From an uncultured Armatimonadetes bacterium (GTDB lineage Bacteria; Armatimonadota; UBA5829; DTJY01), in NCBI GenBank assembly GCA_963717145.1, contig OY970325.1:1312001-1376000 (forward strand): DNA of 64,000 nucleotides, read 5' to 3'. Position 1 is the first letter of the stretch. Each line of letters starts with the position of its first letter. The position numbers were made by a program, and so were the translations under genes. Under the pieces are notes generated by a model, which had not been told where the DNA came from, did no database searches, and saw only the letters and a program-made list of their open reading frames with translations. This document shows positions 61,723-64,000 of the stretch, one piece after another.

Positions 61723-62949
61723 ATGGGATCAGAGATCGGGATTGAGAAGAGAAGCCTCCTGCGCTCGCTCGGGCCGGGGTTCATCACCGCTGCGGTGGTG
61801 ATCGGGCCGGGAAGCGTCACGGTGGCATCGAAGATCGGCGCGTCGGCCGGCATGAGCCTCCTGTGGGCGGTGATCGTCGCAGGGAGCTTCATGATGCTCT
61901 ACACTGCGATGTCCGCACGCATCGGGGTGCTGAACAAGCACTCGCTGCTGACACTCGTTGCGACGCACTACGGGAGGTGGCTCGCCGTCGTGATGGGCAT
62001 CCTCGCGTTCGTGGTGTGCGCGTCATTCCAGATGGGCAACTACCTCGCGTGCAGTACGGCCCTCAAGACGTTGACCGGCATCCACGAGATGGTCTGGATG
62101 GCGGTGGTCGGCCTGACTGCGCTTGTTTTCGTCTTCGCAGCGAAGAAGCTCTACCAGGCGATGGAGAAGGTGATGCTCGCGCTCGTCATGTTCATGCTGG
62201 TGGCATTCATCATCAATCTGATCGTGTCGAAGCCAACCCTCAGCGAGGTCTTCGCGGGCCTGATCCCGAGCCGATGGCCCGGAGCGATGACCGGCCTCGT
62301 CACCGCGATGGTCGCGACGACCTTCTCCGTGATCGCAGCGCTCTACCAATCGACGATGGCCCAACAGAAGGGATGGGGCGCGAGCGATCTCCGACTCGGC
62401 TTGACTGACACGATGGTCGGCATCGGCGTTCTCACGGGCATCTCGATAGTGATCACAATGACATCGGCGTCGGTCCTGCGAGGCGCGGTCATTGCTGATG
62501 CGAGCGATCTGGCAAGGCAGCTCGACCCGCTCCTCGGGCATGCGTCGGTGATCATCTTCAGCCTCGGATTCCTGGCAGCTTCGTTCAGCTCGACGATCGT
62601 GAACGCAATGATCGGTGGCGGACTGCTTGCCGACTCGATGGGGATGAGTTCGGACATCAACGCCCGGCCATCACGGATGCTCACTGCATTCGGCATGGCA
62701 GTCGGGATGGCGGCGGGCATCTACACGCTTTTCACGAACACTCCACTCGGCGGGATCGTCCTGGCCCAGAAGAGCACAATCCTGGCGGTCCCTCTCTGCG
62801 CGCTGGTGATGATCGTGCTCGCGAACGACAAGCGCGTGGTCGGCACACACCGCAACTCGCTCCTGTCGAACGCCTGGGCGGTGGTCGCACTCCTGGTGCT
62901 CGTCTGGATGAGCGTCTATCGGGTGATGGAGATGGTGGGAAATGGTTGA
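61723..62949 (+). CDS. NRAMP-family-like transporter
   Basis: LGPGFITAAVVIGPGSVT, FQMGN, MVATTFS; about 11 TM helices. Confidence 0.82.
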   Translation: MGSEIGIEKRSLLRSLGPGFITAAVVIGPGSVTVASKIGASAGMSLLWAVIVAGSFMMLYTAMSARIGVLNKHSLLTLVATHYGRWLAVVMGILAFVVCASFQMGNYLACSTALKTLTGIHEMVWMAVVGLTALVFVFAAKKLYQAMEKVMLALVMFMLVAFIINLIVSKPTLSEVFAGLIPSRWPGAMTGLVTAMVATTFSVIAALYQSTMAQQKGWGASDLRLGLTDTMVGIGVLTGISIVITMTSASVLRGAVIADASDLARQLDPLLGHASVIIFSLGFLAASFSSTIVNAMIGGGLLADSMGMSSDINARPSRMLTAFGMAVGMAAGIYTLFTNTPLGGIVLAQKSTILAVPLCALVMIVLANDKRVVGTHRNSLLSNAWAVVALLVLVWMSVYRVMEMVGNG

Positions 62950-63003
62950 TGGTTGATGGCTGATGGCCCCCCATTAACCATCAACAATCAACCATTCACC
63001 ATC
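62941..63003. repeat. Inverted heptamer hairpin, ATGGTTG family
   Basis: aatggtt-gatggtt-gatggct-gatgg / ccattaa-ccatcaa-caatcaa-ccattca-ccatc; supplies NG* of the transporter. Confidence 0.88.
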
Positions 63004-63012
63004 GGGGTTTCT

Positions 63013-63447
63013 ATGCCAAACGTCCACAAAGACTTTCACGGGTGCTTCAGTTTCGGGCTGAAGTTCCTGCTCGAAAACTACGGGCCCGCCGAGATGCAGG
63101 AGTACCTGCGCCGCGTCGCTCGCACCGTCTACGCGCCTCTGATCGAGTCGATCCGGGATCGAGGACTCCCGGCGCTGGAGGATCACTGGCGCGCGGTCAT
63201 GTCGATCGAGGAGGCGGATTTCGACCTTCACTTCACGGACGACGACAGGCTCGTGCTCCAGGTCAGGGAGTGCCCGGCGATCACTCACATGCAGGCGCGC
63301 GGATACAAGGTGTGCCCGCGGTTCTGCAAGGCGACCCGCATCGTGAACGATGAGATCTGCCGACGCGCAGGGTACATCTCTGAGATCACCTACGATCAGG
63401 ACACCGCGTCCTGCACTCAGCGGTTCCGGAAGGAGGCCGACCGATGA
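63013..63447 (+). CDS. Small Cys-motif protein (V4R/ATC-hydrolase-like)
   Basis: HKDFHG, ECPAI, CPRFC, C-terminal SCTQRF. Confidence 0.65.
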   Translation: MPNVHKDFHGCFSFGLKFLLENYGPAEMQEYLRRVARTVYAPLIESIRDRGLPALEDHWRAVMSIEEADFDLHFTDDDRLVLQVRECPAITHMQARGYKVCPRFCKATRIVNDEICRRAGYISEITYDQDTASCTQRFRKEADR

Positions 63448-63881
63448 TCTCCTGCACCGAGTTCATCATGGCCTACAGCGAGTTGTTCGCGTTCATCGAG
63501 GAACGCCATGGCAAGGACGAGCTGATCCGCTTCTGGGAGGAGTTGGCCGACGAGTTTCTCTTCAACCTGCGCGACCTCGTGGCCGAGAAGGGCTTCGAGG
63601 GGATGCAGGAGTACTGGGGCCACACGCTCTCCGAGGAGGGCGCGGACTGCCGGATAGTGCTCACGGATGATGAGTTCCGCCTCGAGATGAACGAATGCCC
63701 GTCGGTGGCGATTCTCCGTCGGAACGAGCATCTCACGCCCTACCCCGACTACTGCGAGCACTGCAAGGTGCTCTACCGCCGGGTGATCGAGCCGTTCGGG
63801 TTCAAGTGCGAGACGACGGTGCTCGATCCCGTGATGGGTCGGTGCGTGCTTCGGATGACGAGGGAGGGAAATGGAAAATGA
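63444..63881 (+). CDS. Paralogous small Cys-motif protein (V4R/ATC-hydrolase-like)
   Basis: MISCTEFI, ECPSV, YCEHC, GRCVL; ATGA-coupled to the previous gene. Confidence 0.68.
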   Translation: MISCTEFIMAYSELFAFIEERHGKDELIRFWEELADEFLFNLRDLVAEKGFEGMQEYWGHTLSEEGADCRIVLTDDEFRLEMNECPSVAILRRNEHLTPYPDYCEHCKVLYRRVIEPFGFKCETTVLDPVMGRCVLRMTREGNGK

Positions 63882-63961
63882 AACATGCAAACTGTAAAAT
63901 GAAAAAGGGGACATGGGGCTGGATTTTGCCTTTTGCACTTTGCATTTTGCACTTTTCATTT
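63870..63961. repeat. Inverted heptamer hairpin, AAAATG(C/A) family
   Basis: aaatgg-aaaatga-aacatgc-aaactgt-aaaatga ... ttttgcc-ttttgca-ctttgca-ttttgca-cttttca-ttt; supplies the TGA at 63879. Confidence 0.85.
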
Positions 63962-64000
63962 CCCCTATGCGCAAAGTCCGCGCCGTCGATCGCGTGGCAG

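Overview
GC-rich bacterial chromosomal window of about 60 genes. The mix of diderm traits (PEP-CTERM protein, usher-like outer-membrane protein, TolB-like lipoprotein) with Terrabacteria-type traits (T-box, YtxH/DUF948, DUF3006-ComEC) suggests an Armatimonadota-like organism; this is inference. Housekeeping content includes greA, ligA, pabB/pabC, nfo, secG, two tatA-family genes, tRNA-Leu(CAG), miaA-hfq-dapF-dapL-hflX and a T-box-controlled ileS. Accessory loci include hicAB, an MgtE-N/CBS + NRAMP-related Mg2+ transporter pair, a divergent chaperone-usher pilus operon and a triplet of unknown secreted paralogs. The most striking signal is non-coding. About 25 small palindromic elements are scattered through the window: (i) inverted arrays of degenerate 7-, 8- or 9-mer tandem repeats from about nine sequence-unrelated families that share one architecture, and (ii) four REP-like families. 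They supply the stop codons of eight genes, sit in frame inside ligA and ileS, are grafted into stems I and II of the ileS T-box, and nest inside one another. Several single-base frameshifts (pabB, tatA/B, pfkB, pilin, oxidoreductase, about ten in ileS) look like long-read consensus errors. All calls are by eye, without database searches.
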